Source: Clostridia bacterium (GTDB lineage Bacteria; Bacillota; Clostridia; Oscillospirales; CAG-382). Taken from it: 63,099 nucleotides of DNA. How positions within the stretch are numbered: the stretch's first letter is position 1; every line of letters begins with the position of its first letter. The stretch spans positions 1 through 63,099 of the forward strand of contig JAFOBR010000010.1 in assembly GCA_017381715.1 (NCBI GenBank), given 5' to 3'. Below the pieces are notes generated by a model. It was not told the origin of the DNA. It did no database searches and saw nothing but the letters and a program-made list of their open reading frames with translations. Positions 16,268-26,631 of this stretch are shown here, one piece after another. The translations under genes and the position numbers were made by a program.

Positions 16268-18049
16268 TTATATTTCGGAAAGAAGCTCTTTAAGCTCGGT
16301 TACTGTATCGTCAAACACCTTCATTGCACTGCTTACAGCTTCGGGCTTTGTAAGATCGATACCTGCGATCTTCAGCTCGTTAAGGGGATAATCACTGCCG
16401 CCGGTGGTAAGAAATTCAAGGTAACCTGAAGCATCGCCGGTTTCAAGAATGTTTCTTGCAATAGCAACCGCACTGGAAAAACCGGTAGCGTACTGGTATA
16501 CATAATATGCCGTGTAGAAGTGGGGGATATACGCCCATTCATACTGCATAATATCGTTTATACCTGCGCCCTCATAGTAAAGAGAGATAAGGCCGTGGTA
16601 AATTTCGCACAGAGCTTTGGGGGTAAGAGGTATGCCGGCCTGGGCCATATCGTGGGCTTTACGCTCAAATTCAGCAAATAATGTCTGTCTGAAGACGGTT
16701 GTGCGGAATCCTTCAAGGAAATGATTAAGAATATATGCCTTGCGCTTCTTATCTGTTTCGTTTTTAAGAAGGTACATTGTAAGCAGCACCTCGTTAACGG
16801 TGGATGCTACCTCTGCAACCATTATGCGGTAATCGTGGTTAACATAATCTTGTTTTTCGGAGGAGAGATATGAGTGCATTGCGTGTCCCAGCTCGTGTGC
16901 CATAGTGAAGGCATCGTCAAGGCTGTCGGTATAGTTAAGCAATACGTAGGGGTGAACTCCGTATACGCCGCAGGAGAATGCGCCGGAGCGTTTGCCCTTG
17001 TTTTCATAAACGTCCATCCAATGCTCGGAATAAGCCTTTTCGAGCAGTTCCTGATATCTTTCACCCAGAGGAAGCAGCGCCTTTTTAACCATTTCCTTTG
17101 CCTGCTCGTAGGTTACGGTGTAGTCAACGTCTTCTACCATAGGGGTGTAAAGATCGAACATATCGATGCTTTCAAGTCCCAGCGTTTCCTTGCGGAGGTT
17201 AATGTATCTCTTCATAGTGGGAAGCGCGCCGTGTACCGCTTCAATAAGAGAATCGTAAACGGAAACGGGAATGTTTCCGCCGAACAGAGCCTTGTGGCAG
17301 GCGCTTTCGTATCCGCGTACAGATGCATAATAGTTGTCTATCTTTACGCTGCCGGCATACATAGCCGCAACGGTATTTACGTATTTTTTGTAGGTGCCGA
17401 AATAACCTTCAAAGGTTTCTTCACGTACACGTCTGTCCTTGCTTTCACGGTAAACGCCCATATTTCCGTTCGTGAGCTGAACCTTTTCGCCCTTTTCATC
17501 GGTTATGCAGGGAAGCTCCATATCAACGTTGGAGAACATAGTAAAGCAATCGTCCGGAACACGGGTAATATCACCCATTTTTGCAAGGAGCATTTCGCTT
17601 TTTTCATCAAGTACGTGGGCTCTTCCTCTCGAAATATCCTCAAGCATATGGCGGTAGGTTGCGAGTCCTTCATACTCCATATACTGCTTTAAGGTTTCTT
17701 CGGGGATTGCCAGTATCTCGGGCTCGATAAAGGAACAAACGGTGCCCAGCTTTACAAGCAGAGTCATTGCTTTTGCTTCCATTTCCTGCGCTTCGTTGTC
17801 GCCGTTATCGGCGCTCTTGTATAGCATTGCGTAGATGTAGGGAAGCTCTGCCGCCTGATTAGCTTTTGCAAGAAGGTCCATCGCATTTTTAAGGCTTTCC
17901 GCACTTTCGCCCAATGTGCCTTTAAGTGCGGGAATCGTATCCGCTATCTTATCAGCTTCCGCAAGGGCTGCTTCCCAAGCCTTGTTATCGGCATAAATGT
18001 GGGTGAAATCCCAAGTAAATTCGGGGTTCATTTCTTTTCTGCTCTTCAT
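16268..18049 (-). CDS. pepF: Oligoendopeptidase F (M3B)
   Basis: AHELGHAMH zinc motif, GKRSGAF, AEVAST, IPHFY. Confidence 0.95.
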   Translation of the reverse strand: MKSRKEMNPEFTWDFTHIYADNKAWEAALAEADKIADTIPALKGTLGESAESLKNAMDLLAKANQAAELPYIYAMLYKSADNGDNEAQEMEAKAMTLLVKLGTVCSFIEPEILAIPEETLKQYMEYEGLATYRHMLEDISRGRAHVLDEKSEMLLAKMGDITRVPDDCFTMFSNVDMELPCITDEKGEKVQLTNGNMGVYRESKDRRVREETFEGYFGTYKKYVNTVAAMYAGSVKIDNYYASVRGYESACHKALFGGNIPVSVYDSLIEAVHGALPTMKRYINLRKETLGLESIDMFDLYTPMVEDVDYTVTYEQAKEMVKKALLPLGERYQELLEKAYSEHWMDVYENKGKRSGAFSCGVYGVHPYVLLNYTDSLDDAFTMAHELGHAMHSYLSSEKQDYVNHDYRIMVAEVASTVNEVLLTMYLLKNETDKKRKAYILNHFLEGFRTTVFRQTLFAEFERKAHDMAQAGIPLTPKALCEIYHGLISLYYEGAGINDIMQYEWAYIPHFYTAYYVYQYATGFSSAVAIARNILETGDASGYLEFLTTGGSDYPLNELKIAGIDLTKPEAVSSAMKVFDDTVTELKELLSEI

Positions 18050-18061
18050 TTTTAACTCCTT

Positions 18062-19084
18062 TTAGTTATATAAGAAATTGTCTTTTATAAAATGCTTGTC
18101 AAGATTATCCTGCCTGCGGTCAAATACGTTTCCGCAGTTGTATTTAACTTTTGCCTGGCAGAACGGTGTATCGGCATATACTTCCTGCATAGGGTAAAGC
18201 CCCCAACCGCCGCCTCTGAAAATAATTTTGTCTGTGTCGATACCTGCGTTTTTCAAAGCTTTTCTGTATTCGCTGCAGGTTTTTAAAAATCCTTCGGAGT
18301 CAGTAAGCGCCCCCAGATATACGGAAAACACCATATCTTCGCTTCTGTCGGTATTATCGGGGTAGGTGATAGCCGTCCCGTTGGGATAACAGTTGATCCG
18401 TTCGGAAACTACGGTAAAAGATCCGTCGGGAAATGCTTTTCGTAAAATTCCCGCAACCCTTGCTCTTTCTTCGTCCATAAGAAGATATTCCGTCTTTTTT
18501 GCGTATCCGTCAAACACAACCTTATCGCAAACTGTCAGCATTCCGCGTGCTTCGGCATAGGATTTTGAAACAATTTCTCTCTGCCATGTGCGGGTAAGAA
18601 AATCGTATTCCAATTTTCCGATTATCTCGTTTTCGCTGTTTGCGTAGTTGTTTTCAATGTAATTATCGGAAACGTTTACTGCGTTGAAATATGTAACAAG
18701 ATTTCCGCCGAACACGAGCTGCAGGGCTACCGCCGCACCGAGAGGAAATACAGCGCAAAAACGCACTTTTTCCTTTTTAAAAAGACATATACCGTAATCA
18801 CATAAAAATGCCGTGGCGCCGCATATAACTCCGTATATGATGATATTCGGCACCTCTGCCGCATATCCTGCGGAAATAAGCATTCCGCATACCGCAAAAA
18901 ACGCTGTCTTAACGCCTCTTTTAGGGAACAGGAGACCTGCGCATATTCCGCACAGAGGTAAAATGGGAAGGGCGGTAAGCACACCTGCGGAGGGCACTAT
19001 GCACGCCGCACCGATAAACCCCAGCAATGCGCAAATCACGGGCCCGCCCAAGGTTTTGTAAAGCTTTTTCAGTTTGTCTTTCAT
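18062..19084 (-). CDS. Membrane protein with C-terminal extracellular domain (YfjL-like)
   Basis: About five N-terminal TM helices; translationally coupled to the RNHCP gene. Confidence 0.6.
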   Translation of the reverse strand: MKDKLKKLYKTLGGPVICALLGFIGAACIVPSAGVLTALPILPLCGICAGLLFPKRGVKTAFFAVCGMLISAGYAAEVPNIIIYGVICGATAFLCDYGICLFKKEKVRFCAVFPLGAAVALQLVFGGNLVTYFNAVNVSDNYIENNYANSENEIIGKLEYDFLTRTWQREIVSKSYAEARGMLTVCDKVVFDGYAKKTEYLLMDEERARVAGILRKAFPDGSFTVVSERINCYPNGTAITYPDNTDRSEDMVFSVYLGALTDSEGFLKTCSEYRKALKNAGIDTDKIIFRGGGWGLYPMQEVYADTPFCQAKVKYNCGNVFDRRQDNLDKHFIKDNFLYN

Positions 19085-19416
19085 CTTTTTCCTCCGCGGG
19101 GTATATTATATGGGTTTGTATATTCGATAAGCAATCGCATATCATCGTCATTCTGTTTGCCGTTTACACGCTCAAAACCGCATTTACGGCACTTGTGCTT
19201 TATAACGAATCCACGTTTTGCTTCTGTGCGTACTTCTATCGGGTCCATAACAGCACCGCATTCGCTGGCTCTGTCGCCGGGATTAACGTCCACATGTCTG
19301 GAACACAAGCAAAAAGGGCAATGATTGCGTGAAGAATATCCCAAAGGCGGAACTTCTTTTCCACAGTTTAAGCAAATAAAACCGCTGTCATTCTTTGCAA
19401 ACAATGTGTTTTCCAT
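19081..19416 (-). CDS. RNHCP domain zinc-ribbon protein
   Basis: CLNC..SRNHCPFCLCSRHVD..PGDRASEC..HKCRKC. Confidence 0.9.
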   Translation of the reverse strand: MENTLFAKNDSGFICLNCGKEVPPLGYSSRNHCPFCLCSRHVDVNPGDRASECGAVMDPIEVRTEAKRGFVIKHKCRKCGFERVNGKQNDDDMRLLIEYTNPYNIPRGGKR

Positions 19417-19512
19417 CTAAACCTCCAATTTGTTTACAAAATACTGTTTACTTTTTCTTTTCTTTCTATTATAATAGCAAAATGTTAATATTTCAAGACG
19501 GGAGTCAAAATA

Positions 19513-20574
19513 ATGTCAAATAAATCCCATAATATATCCTGCCGTTTGGGCAGAGTAGGCGGAAGCGCTCTTATGGAGGGCGTAATGATGAAAAGCGGTC
19601 CGGACGTTGCTATGGCAGTACGCCGTACCGATAACGGAAAAATCACCGTACGTAAAAAGAAATACAAGTCCATTAAAGAAAAGTGCGTACTTTTAAGACT
19701 GCCCATCATAAGAGGTATAGTCAATTTTGTGGAAACTATGGTGCTTTCCATGGGAACCATGACCGAAGCTACCGAGCTTCTGGGACTTGACGAAGCAGAG
19801 CCCGAAGGAAAGTTCGATAAATGGCTGACAGAGAAAATGGGCGATAAGATGATGCAGATCGTGTCTGCTGTCTCCGTTGTGCTGGGCGTTGCACTTGCTC
19901 TGGTTCTCTTTATGTGGCTGCCTTCGTTTATAACCGACCTTATATTCAACGTGGATGCGGATGAATTCAATTTCGCCGCCCGCTGTGTTGACGGCGGATT
20001 GAAGATACTTATCTTTATCGGTTATATAGGATTCACATCGCTTATTCCCGATATAAAGCGTGTATATATGTATCACGGCGCAGAGCACAAGAGTATTGCC
20101 TGCTATGAATCCGGCGATGAGCTTACCGTTGAAAATGTGCGCAAGCACACCCGTTTTCATCCACGTTGCGGCACTTCTTTTATGTTTTTGGTAATTATAG
20201 TTTCCATACTGGTAAACTCTCTGCTTCTGTGGGGCATAAGCGCTCTGTTTCCCATGGCACCCGTAGGGGAGAGATGGTTTATCGTGCTTGCAAAGCTTAT
20301 AGCCCTTCCTTTGGTTGTAGGTATAGATTACGAATACGTAATGTACGCCGGAAAGCACGAAAACTTTTTCACAAAGATCTTTTCCGCACCCGGCTTGTGG
20401 ATGCAGAGGATCACCACCCGTGAGCCTGAGGACGATATGATGGAAGTGGCTATTTGCTCCATTAAATCCGCACTTCCCGAAGAATTCCCCGAATTCGAAG
20501 TTCCCACCGAAGAAGCTTTAAACGCTTCCGAGGAAGCAGAAAATCAACCCGAAACCACGGAGGAAACCGTATGA
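19513..20574 (+). CDS. DUF1385 (YqhQ) membrane protein
   Basis: GGSALMEGVMM, YHGAEHK, HPRCGTSF, QRITTREP. Confidence 0.92.
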   Translation: MSNKSHNISCRLGRVGGSALMEGVMMKSGPDVAMAVRRTDNGKITVRKKKYKSIKEKCVLLRLPIIRGIVNFVETMVLSMGTMTEATELLGLDEAEPEGKFDKWLTEKMGDKMMQIVSAVSVVLGVALALVLFMWLPSFITDLIFNVDADEFNFAARCVDGGLKILIFIGYIGFTSLIPDIKRVYMYHGAEHKSIACYESGDELTVENVRKHTRFHPRCGTSFMFLVIIVSILVNSLLLWGISALFPMAPVGERWFIVLAKLIALPLVVGIDYEYVMYAGKHENFFTKIFSAPGLWMQRITTREPEDDMMEVAICSIKSALPEEFPEFEVPTEEALNASEEAENQPETTEETV

Positions 20575-21431
20575 ATATAGGCGAATACAGATACGAGCTT
20601 AAAAAAACTCTAACCGAAGGCTGTTCCGAAGACAGCGCAAGAGAGATAACGGAAATAATCGATATTTTGCTTTGCCACCATCTCGATATACCCAGAAACC
20701 GTTTGTATCTTAAGTTGGAGGAAAACGTGCCCTCAACTTTGCCCGCAAATATGTCGGACAGTCTGGGACAGATCGCCATGGGCGTGCCCGTTCAGTACGT
20801 TATGGGAAGCTGTTGGTTTTACGGCAGAGAGATAAAGGTCGGCCCCGGTGTGTTTATTCCCCGTGCAGATACGGAAATTCTTGCACAGGCGGCAATTAAA
20901 GCTATTCCCAAGGACGGATGTTTTGCGGATATCTGTTCGGGAAGCGGATGTATTTCCGCCGCTGTTGCTTCCGAAAGACCTGACGTGCGCGGCTTTGCGC
21001 TGGAGCTTTCAAGAAAAGCGATTCCTTATACAGAGGAAAACCTTAAAGATCTTCCCAACGTAACCGTAAAGAGATTTGACGCTCTGGATACCGAAGATTA
21101 CGAAGCGTTGGTAACCGCAAACGGAAAACAGTTTGATCTTGTTTTGAGCAATCCTCCCTACATACCTACAGACGATATTTCTTCTCTGGATGCAAACGTG
21201 CTTTCCGAGCCCGAGACTGCTCTTGACGGAGGCGAGGACGGATTGCGTTTTTACAGAGAGATAACCAGACATCTGCCCATTATTCTTTCTCCCGAAGGTG
21301 TAATTTGCTATGAGGTTGGTATCGGTCAGGCAGAGGATGTTTCCGCAATTCTTAAGGCTGCAGGCTTCTCTGTAGCGGTGCTCAGAGATCTCCACGGTAT
21401 CGACCGTGTAGTTTTAGGAAAAAAGTCTTAA
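20571..21431 (+). CDS. prmC: Release factor glutamine methyltransferase
   Basis: PVQYV.G, FIPRADTE, DICSGSG, SNPPY, ALDGGEDGL. Confidence 0.93.
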   Translation: MNIGEYRYELKKTLTEGCSEDSAREITEIIDILLCHHLDIPRNRLYLKLEENVPSTLPANMSDSLGQIAMGVPVQYVMGSCWFYGREIKVGPGVFIPRADTEILAQAAIKAIPKDGCFADICSGSGCISAAVASERPDVRGFALELSRKAIPYTEENLKDLPNVTVKRFDALDTEDYEALVTANGKQFDLVLSNPPYIPTDDISSLDANVLSEPETALDGGEDGLRFYREITRHLPIILSPEGVICYEVGIGQAEDVSAILKAAGFSVAVLRDLHGIDRVVLGKKS

Positions 21432-21439
21432 TAAAAGTG

Positions 21440-21468
21440 TTGACAATAAAAAAAGAATGTACTATTAT
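21440..21468 (+). promoter_or_regulatory. sigA promoter
   Basis: TTGACA-N17-TATTAT in an AT-rich spacer. Confidence 0.55.
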
Positions 21469-21513
21469 TTATATTAATAATAGTATATTTTTTTGTTTTG
21501 GATAGGAGTGCAA

Positions 21514-22296
21514 ATGAAGGTCATAACCTCCAGAAACAATGAACGGATAAAAGATGTGGTTCGCCTGCGGGACCGTAAGGCGCGCACGGAAAGCGGTCTG
21601 TTTTTCATAGAGGGCATTCATCTCGCGGAAGAGTATATACGTCATTGCGGTTTTCCTCTTGAAGTTTATTTTACCGAGAAAGCGTATAACTCCTACAGAG
21701 ATTTTTTTGCGTCTTTACCCGAAGACATTCTGTATTCTGTAAGTGACAGCGTTTTTGATAAGATATCAACCGAATCTTCACCCCAAGGGATAATATGCGT
21801 TTGCAAAGCTTGTTCTTTTTCACAATCGCTTCCCGAAAAAGGTTCGTTTTTGTTTTTGGAATCCGTAAGAGATACGGGAAATCTGGGCACCATAATCCGT
21901 ACCGCCGTTTCTTTGGGGGTAGAGGGGATAGTTCTCTCGCCCGATTGTGCGGATATATATAATCCCAAGACGCTCCGCGCCTCCATGGGCGCGGTGTTTG
22001 CCGCAGATATATTTATGCCCGCCGAATTCTCTGCCGCAGTAACAGCGGCAAAAAAATACGGTAAGGTTTATGCAACTGCGCTTTACGATAATTCCCTTGA
22101 GCTTGGCAAGTTTAAGGTTTGTAAAAACGATAGCTTTATTATCGGTAACGAGGGGCAGGGGATAACCGAAGAAATAAGAAGCCTTGCCGACAACACGGTT
22201 ATCATTCCCATGACGGGAAAAACCGAAAGCTTAAATGCCGCCGCTGCCGCCGCTATCATCATCTGGGAAATGACACGGAGTTATAATGGACGTTAG
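21514..22296 (+). CDS. TrmH/SpoU family RNA methyltransferase
   Basis: DTGNLGTIIRTA, IIGNEGQG, IPM..ESLNAA; AGGAG SD before ATG 21514. Confidence 0.92.
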   Translation: MKVITSRNNERIKDVVRLRDRKARTESGLFFIEGIHLAEEYIRHCGFPLEVYFTEKAYNSYRDFFASLPEDILYSVSDSVFDKISTESSPQGIICVCKACSFSQSLPEKGSFLFLESVRDTGNLGTIIRTAVSLGVEGIVLSPDCADIYNPKTLRASMGAVFAADIFMPAEFSAAVTAAKKYGKVYATALYDNSLELGKFKVCKNDSFIIGNEGQGITEEIRSLADNTVIIPMTGKTESLNAAAAAAIIIWEMTRSYNGR

Positions 22297-23398
22297 ATTG
22301 TATTATATCTGGCTCCAGCGAGTATGCGGAGCCGCCAACAGACTTACGGACCTGTTGTTTGATAAATTTCCCTCCGCTGCGGAAATATACGAATGCAGAG
22401 ATTTTTCCTTTTTGCCCAAGGGCTATGCCCGTTACGAGAGCAGACTTTGCAATAAAGATCTTTCCGAATCCTTTGAAATATATAAATCCTGCATAAACAG
22501 AGGGATACGGTTTGTTACGTATCACGACGAGGATTTTCCCGAAGCATTGCGTAACATACCCGATCCTCCCGTTATGCTGTTTTACTACGGGGATATTTCC
22601 CGTCTCAAAAACAAGCAATCGGTAGCAATGGTCGGCACTCGTACCTGCACAGAAGCGGGTATGGAATATGCCAAAACCTATGCGGAAAGCTTTTCCAAAG
22701 CGGGAGTTACCGTTATAAGCGGTCTTGCAAAGGGAATAGACAGTATCGCAAACAACGCTGCTTTGTTAAACGGCGGAGTTTCCGTGGGTGTTTTGGGCAC
22801 CCCCATAGATAAAGTATACCCTCCCGAAAACGTGCGGCTGTTTCACGCTATGTATAAAAACGGCGTAGTCATAAGCGAGTATTCGCCGGGTGCGGATGTC
22901 GGCAGATTTTCCTTCCCCGCACGTAACCGCATAATAAGCGCACTTTCGGATTGTACTCTTGTGGTTGAAGCCGCAGAAGGAAGCGGAGCGCTTATTACCG
23001 CGAAGCGGGCTATACAGCAGGGAAAACCGGTATATTTTATAGCCGGCAGGGTAACCGCAATGCTTGAGGGTGCGGTTTCCGTTTCTTCCCCCGCAGAAGT
23101 GATGGAGCGTTTGCAGTTAAACGATCCCACATTAAGGATCCCTACCACTGCATACACCGTAACCAAGACTAAAAGTTACGGGCGTAAAATCACACAGCCC
23201 CGTGAGATAAAAAATAACGAAACGGATGAATTGGGTCTGCTTAAGATCATAAGCGAAGGACCCGTTACCGCATCCGAACTTTCGGATAAAACCGGAGTTT
23301 CTATAGACAGAATTTACGAACTGCTTACCATGCTGGAGCTTGACGGCGCAATAATCTCCGCCGCAGGCGGCAGATACGTTAAAGCAGGTAAGCAATAA
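22286..23398 (+). CDS. dprA: DNA-processing protein DprA
   Basis: AMVGTR, SGLAKGID, FPARNRIISAL, VVEA..SGALITA; C-terminal winged helix. Confidence 0.95.
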   Translation: MDVRLYYIWLQRVCGAANRLTDLLFDKFPSAAEIYECRDFSFLPKGYARYESRLCNKDLSESFEIYKSCINRGIRFVTYHDEDFPEALRNIPDPPVMLFYYGDISRLKNKQSVAMVGTRTCTEAGMEYAKTYAESFSKAGVTVISGLAKGIDSIANNAALLNGGVSVGVLGTPIDKVYPPENVRLFHAMYKNGVVISEYSPGADVGRFSFPARNRIISALSDCTLVVEAAEGSGALITAKRAIQQGKPVYFIAGRVTAMLEGAVSVSSPAEVMERLQLNDPTLRIPTTAYTVTKTKSYGRKITQPREIKNNETDELGLLKIISEGPVTASELSDKTGVSIDRIYELLTMLELDGAIISAAGGRYVKAGKQ

Positions 23399-23407
23399 GG
23401 AGAATAT

Positions 23408-25630
23408 ATGAGCACACTTGTAATACTTGAGTCGCCTACCAAGGCGCATACTGTCAAAGGCTTTTTGGGAAAAGGCTATAAAGTAGTGGCTTCCAACGGC
23501 CACGTACGCGATCTTCCCAAAAGCAAACTCGGAATTGACGTAGAAAACAACTTTGCCCCCCAGTATATTAATATCAGAGGCAAGGGTGAACTTATAAGCG
23601 ATCTTAAAAAAGAAGCAAAGAATGCAGATAAAGTTTTGCTTGCAGCCGACCCTGACCGTGAGGGTGAAGCAATAAGCTGGCATCTTGCCGCTGTTTTGGG
23701 TATTCCCGAAGAAAAGATAAAGCGTATCACTTTTAACTCCGTTACAAAGGCGGCTGTTAAAGAGGCTATTAAGAATCCCAGAAGCATCGATATGGCTTTG
23801 GTCAATTCCCAGCAGACCCGCCGCATACTTGACCGTCTTGTGGGTTATAAAATAAGTCCTTTTCTTTGGAGAAAGATCAAAAACGGTCTTTCTGCAGGAA
23901 GAGTTCAGTCTGTTGCCACGAGACTTATTGTTGAAAGAGAACGGGAAATACAGGCGTTTGTGCCCGAAGAATACTGGACAGTAACCGTTAAGCTTTCCAA
24001 TGCGGAGGGTGATACCTTTACCGCAAAATATTTTGGTGATAAAAACGGCAAAAAAGAGCTTGGTAACGAAGCAGATGCTTACGGCGTTGTAAACTCCGTA
24101 AAGGATGCGGCGTTCACCGTGGCTTCCGTAAAGCGTTCCGTAAAGCACCGCCGTCCTCAGCCTCCTTTTACCACAAGCACACTTCAGCAGGAAGCCAACA
24201 GAAGATTATCACTTCCCACTCAGCGCACTATGATGATCGCACAGGAACTTTACGAAGGTATTAATATCGGCGAGCGAGGCACCCACGGTCTTATCACCTA
24301 TATGCGTACCGACTCTCTGCGTGTTTCTGACGAGGCAAAGGCCGCTGCTAAGGAATATATCGTCGGTAAATACGGCGAAAAGTATTATCCTGCGGTTCCC
24401 AATACCTATAAGGTTAAAAAAGGCTCGCAGGATGCACACGAAGCTATCCGTCCTTCCGATCCCTCCCTTGCTCCCGATATGATCAAAAACCGTCTTACGG
24501 CGGATCAGTATAAGGTTTACAAGCTTATATACGATCGTTTTATTGCAAGCCAGATGAAGCCTGCGGAAATAGATACAGTTTCTGTGGATCTTGATGCTTC
24601 AGGAAACATTTTCCGCGCTACCGGCGCCACTGTAAGATTCCCCGGATATCTCGTTATCTGCGATGATTCGGACAGCGGTGATGACGAGATCGCAAAGGAT
24701 AAGCTTCCTCTTCTCTGCGAAAACGAGGTATGTAATTGCTCCGGCATTCTTCCCGAACAGCATTTTACAGCACCTCCTTTCAGATACACCGAAGGTTCTC
24801 TCGTTAAGATGCTGGAGGAAAAGGGCATAGGCCGTCCCTCCACTATCGTAACCACCATAACCACCATAATCTCCAGAGGATACGTTGTAAGAGAGGGAAA
24901 ATCCCTTGTTCCCACAGAATTGGGATTTGTTACCACCGATCTTATGCTTAACGCATTTTCCGGAATTGTCGATTATAATTTCACAGCTCAGATGGAAGAA
25001 GATCTGGATGAGATAGAATCCGGAAACAAGGATTATATAAAGGTGCTTGAAAACTTTTATAAAGACCTTGAAACCGAATTAAAATCAGCAGAAGCTATAA
25101 TCGGCAAAGATAAAATCGCAGTAGAACCCGAAAAAACAGATATTATCTGTGAAAAATGCGGTTCTGTCATGGTGGTTCGCAACGGACGTTTCGGCAAATT
25201 TGCCGCTTGTCCCAATTACCCTAAATGTAAAAACACCAAGCCTCTTGAGCCCGAAAAGAAGCCTTTGGAGGCAAAAGAGATAATAAGCGATGAAAAATGT
25301 CCCGCTTGCGGCGGCGAAATGGTATTGCGCAAGGGCAGATACGGAAGCTTCTTTGCCTGCCGTTCTTACCCCGAGTGCAAGACTACGCTTCCCGTCATCA
25401 AAGACAGCGGCGTGGTATGTCCCAATTGCGGAAAACGCATTGTGGTACGTCAGAGCAAAAAGAAGACCACGTATTACGTTTGCGAGGATGCATCCTGCGG
25501 ATTTATTTCCTGGGATATTCCCCAGACAAGAAAATGTCCCAAGTGCGGAGATATCGTTTTAAAGAAAAAGAACAGAGATCAGTATTATTGCCGCAGTAAC
25601 TGTGGCTGGACAGAGGAAAATAAGAAATGA
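23408..25630 (+). CDS. topA: DNA topoisomerase I with four C-terminal Zn ribbons
   Basis: ESPTK, DPDREGE, SAGRVQS, ITYMRTD, DAHEAIRP, GIGRPST. Confidence 0.98.
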   Translation: MSTLVILESPTKAHTVKGFLGKGYKVVASNGHVRDLPKSKLGIDVENNFAPQYINIRGKGELISDLKKEAKNADKVLLAADPDREGEAISWHLAAVLGIPEEKIKRITFNSVTKAAVKEAIKNPRSIDMALVNSQQTRRILDRLVGYKISPFLWRKIKNGLSAGRVQSVATRLIVEREREIQAFVPEEYWTVTVKLSNAEGDTFTAKYFGDKNGKKELGNEADAYGVVNSVKDAAFTVASVKRSVKHRRPQPPFTTSTLQQEANRRLSLPTQRTMMIAQELYEGINIGERGTHGLITYMRTDSLRVSDEAKAAAKEYIVGKYGEKYYPAVPNTYKVKKGSQDAHEAIRPSDPSLAPDMIKNRLTADQYKVYKLIYDRFIASQMKPAEIDTVSVDLDASGNIFRATGATVRFPGYLVICDDSDSGDDEIAKDKLPLLCENEVCNCSGILPEQHFTAPPFRYTEGSLVKMLEEKGIGRPSTIVTTITTIISRGYVVREGKSLVPTELGFVTTDLMLNAFSGIVDYNFTAQMEEDLDEIESGNKDYIKVLENFYKDLETELKSAEAIIGKDKIAVEPEKTDIICEKCGSVMVVRNGRFGKFAACPNYPKCKNTKPLEPEKKPLEAKEIISDEKCPACGGEMVLRKGRYGSFFACRSYPECKTTLPVIKDSGVVCPNCGKRIVVRQSKKKTTYYVCEDASCGFISWDIPQTRKCPKCGDIVLKKKNRDQYYCRSNCGWTEENKK

Positions 25631-26631
25631 GAACTACCATAGCAGTTGACGCAATGGGCGGCGACAAAGCTCCTCAGGCTGTTGTAGGAGGCGCATTGCT
25701 CGCAGCTTCCCAGTTGCCTATAGATATAATTCTCGTTGGTGACAGCGATGCCATTTATACCGAGATAAATAACAGAGGCGCTATGCCTTCAAATATATCC
25801 GTTGTTCACGCCCACAGCGTTATAACGATGGAGGATGCGCCCGGAGCGGTATTAAAGGAAAAATCCGATTGCTCTATGGCGGTAGCGGCAGAGCTTGTAA
25901 AGAACGGAAAAGCAGATGCTTTGGTTTCTGCAGGAAATACCGGGGCTCTTTTTACCGTATCTTCTCTTAAAATACGCCGTCTCCCCGGTATACGCCGTGC
26001 GGCATTGGGCGCGGTCGTGCCTCTTGAAAATCCCGTGCTTATCGTAGATTCCGGCGCAAATACAGATGCTACGCCCGAGCTGTTGCGCACCTTCGCCCAC
26101 ATGGGCAGTCTGTACGCACAGCTTGTAATGGGTATCGAAAATCCCCGTATAGGCCTTGTGAACAACGGAAGCGAATCCACAAAGGGAACCCCCTTATATG
26201 CGGAATCCAATGCACTGCTTTCAAAAGAAAAAAACATAAACTTTGTGGGCAATGTAGAGGGAAGAGACATCCCCTGCAACACCTGCGACGTTGTTGTGTG
26301 CGATGGATTTACGGGTAATATTTTGCTCAAGACAATCGAAGGTATGGGTTTATTTATGAAGAGCAAGTTAAAGAGCATTTTCTATGCAAACCGTATTACC
26401 AAGGTTGCGGGCGCTCTTACCAGAAGACAGATTTCCGATCTTAAAAAGCAGATAGACCACCGTGAGCACGGCGGAGCGCCTTTTCTGGGACTTGCCAAGC
26501 CTGTTGTAAAGGCTCACGGAAGTTCGGATGAAAAGAGCATTTTTACAGCTATTCGTCAGGCGAAGACCTTCCACGAAAGCGGACTTATATCAAAACTTAA
26601 GGAGGCGATACAGAGTGAATCATCAGATTGA
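25627..26631 (+). CDS. plsX: Phosphate acyltransferase
   Basis: AVDAMGGD, SAGNTGA, DGFTGN, KAHGSS. Confidence 0.96.
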   Translation: MRTTIAVDAMGGDKAPQAVVGGALLAASQLPIDIILVGDSDAIYTEINNRGAMPSNISVVHAHSVITMEDAPGAVLKEKSDCSMAVAAELVKNGKADALVSAGNTGALFTVSSLKIRRLPGIRRAALGAVVPLENPVLIVDSGANTDATPELLRTFAHMGSLYAQLVMGIENPRIGLVNNGSESTKGTPLYAESNALLSKEKNINFVGNVEGRDIPCNTCDVVVCDGFTGNILLKTIEGMGLFMKSKLKSIFYANRITKVAGALTRRQISDLKKQIDHREHGGAPFLGLAKPVVKAHGSSDEKSIFTAIRQAKTFHESGLISKLKEAIQSESSD

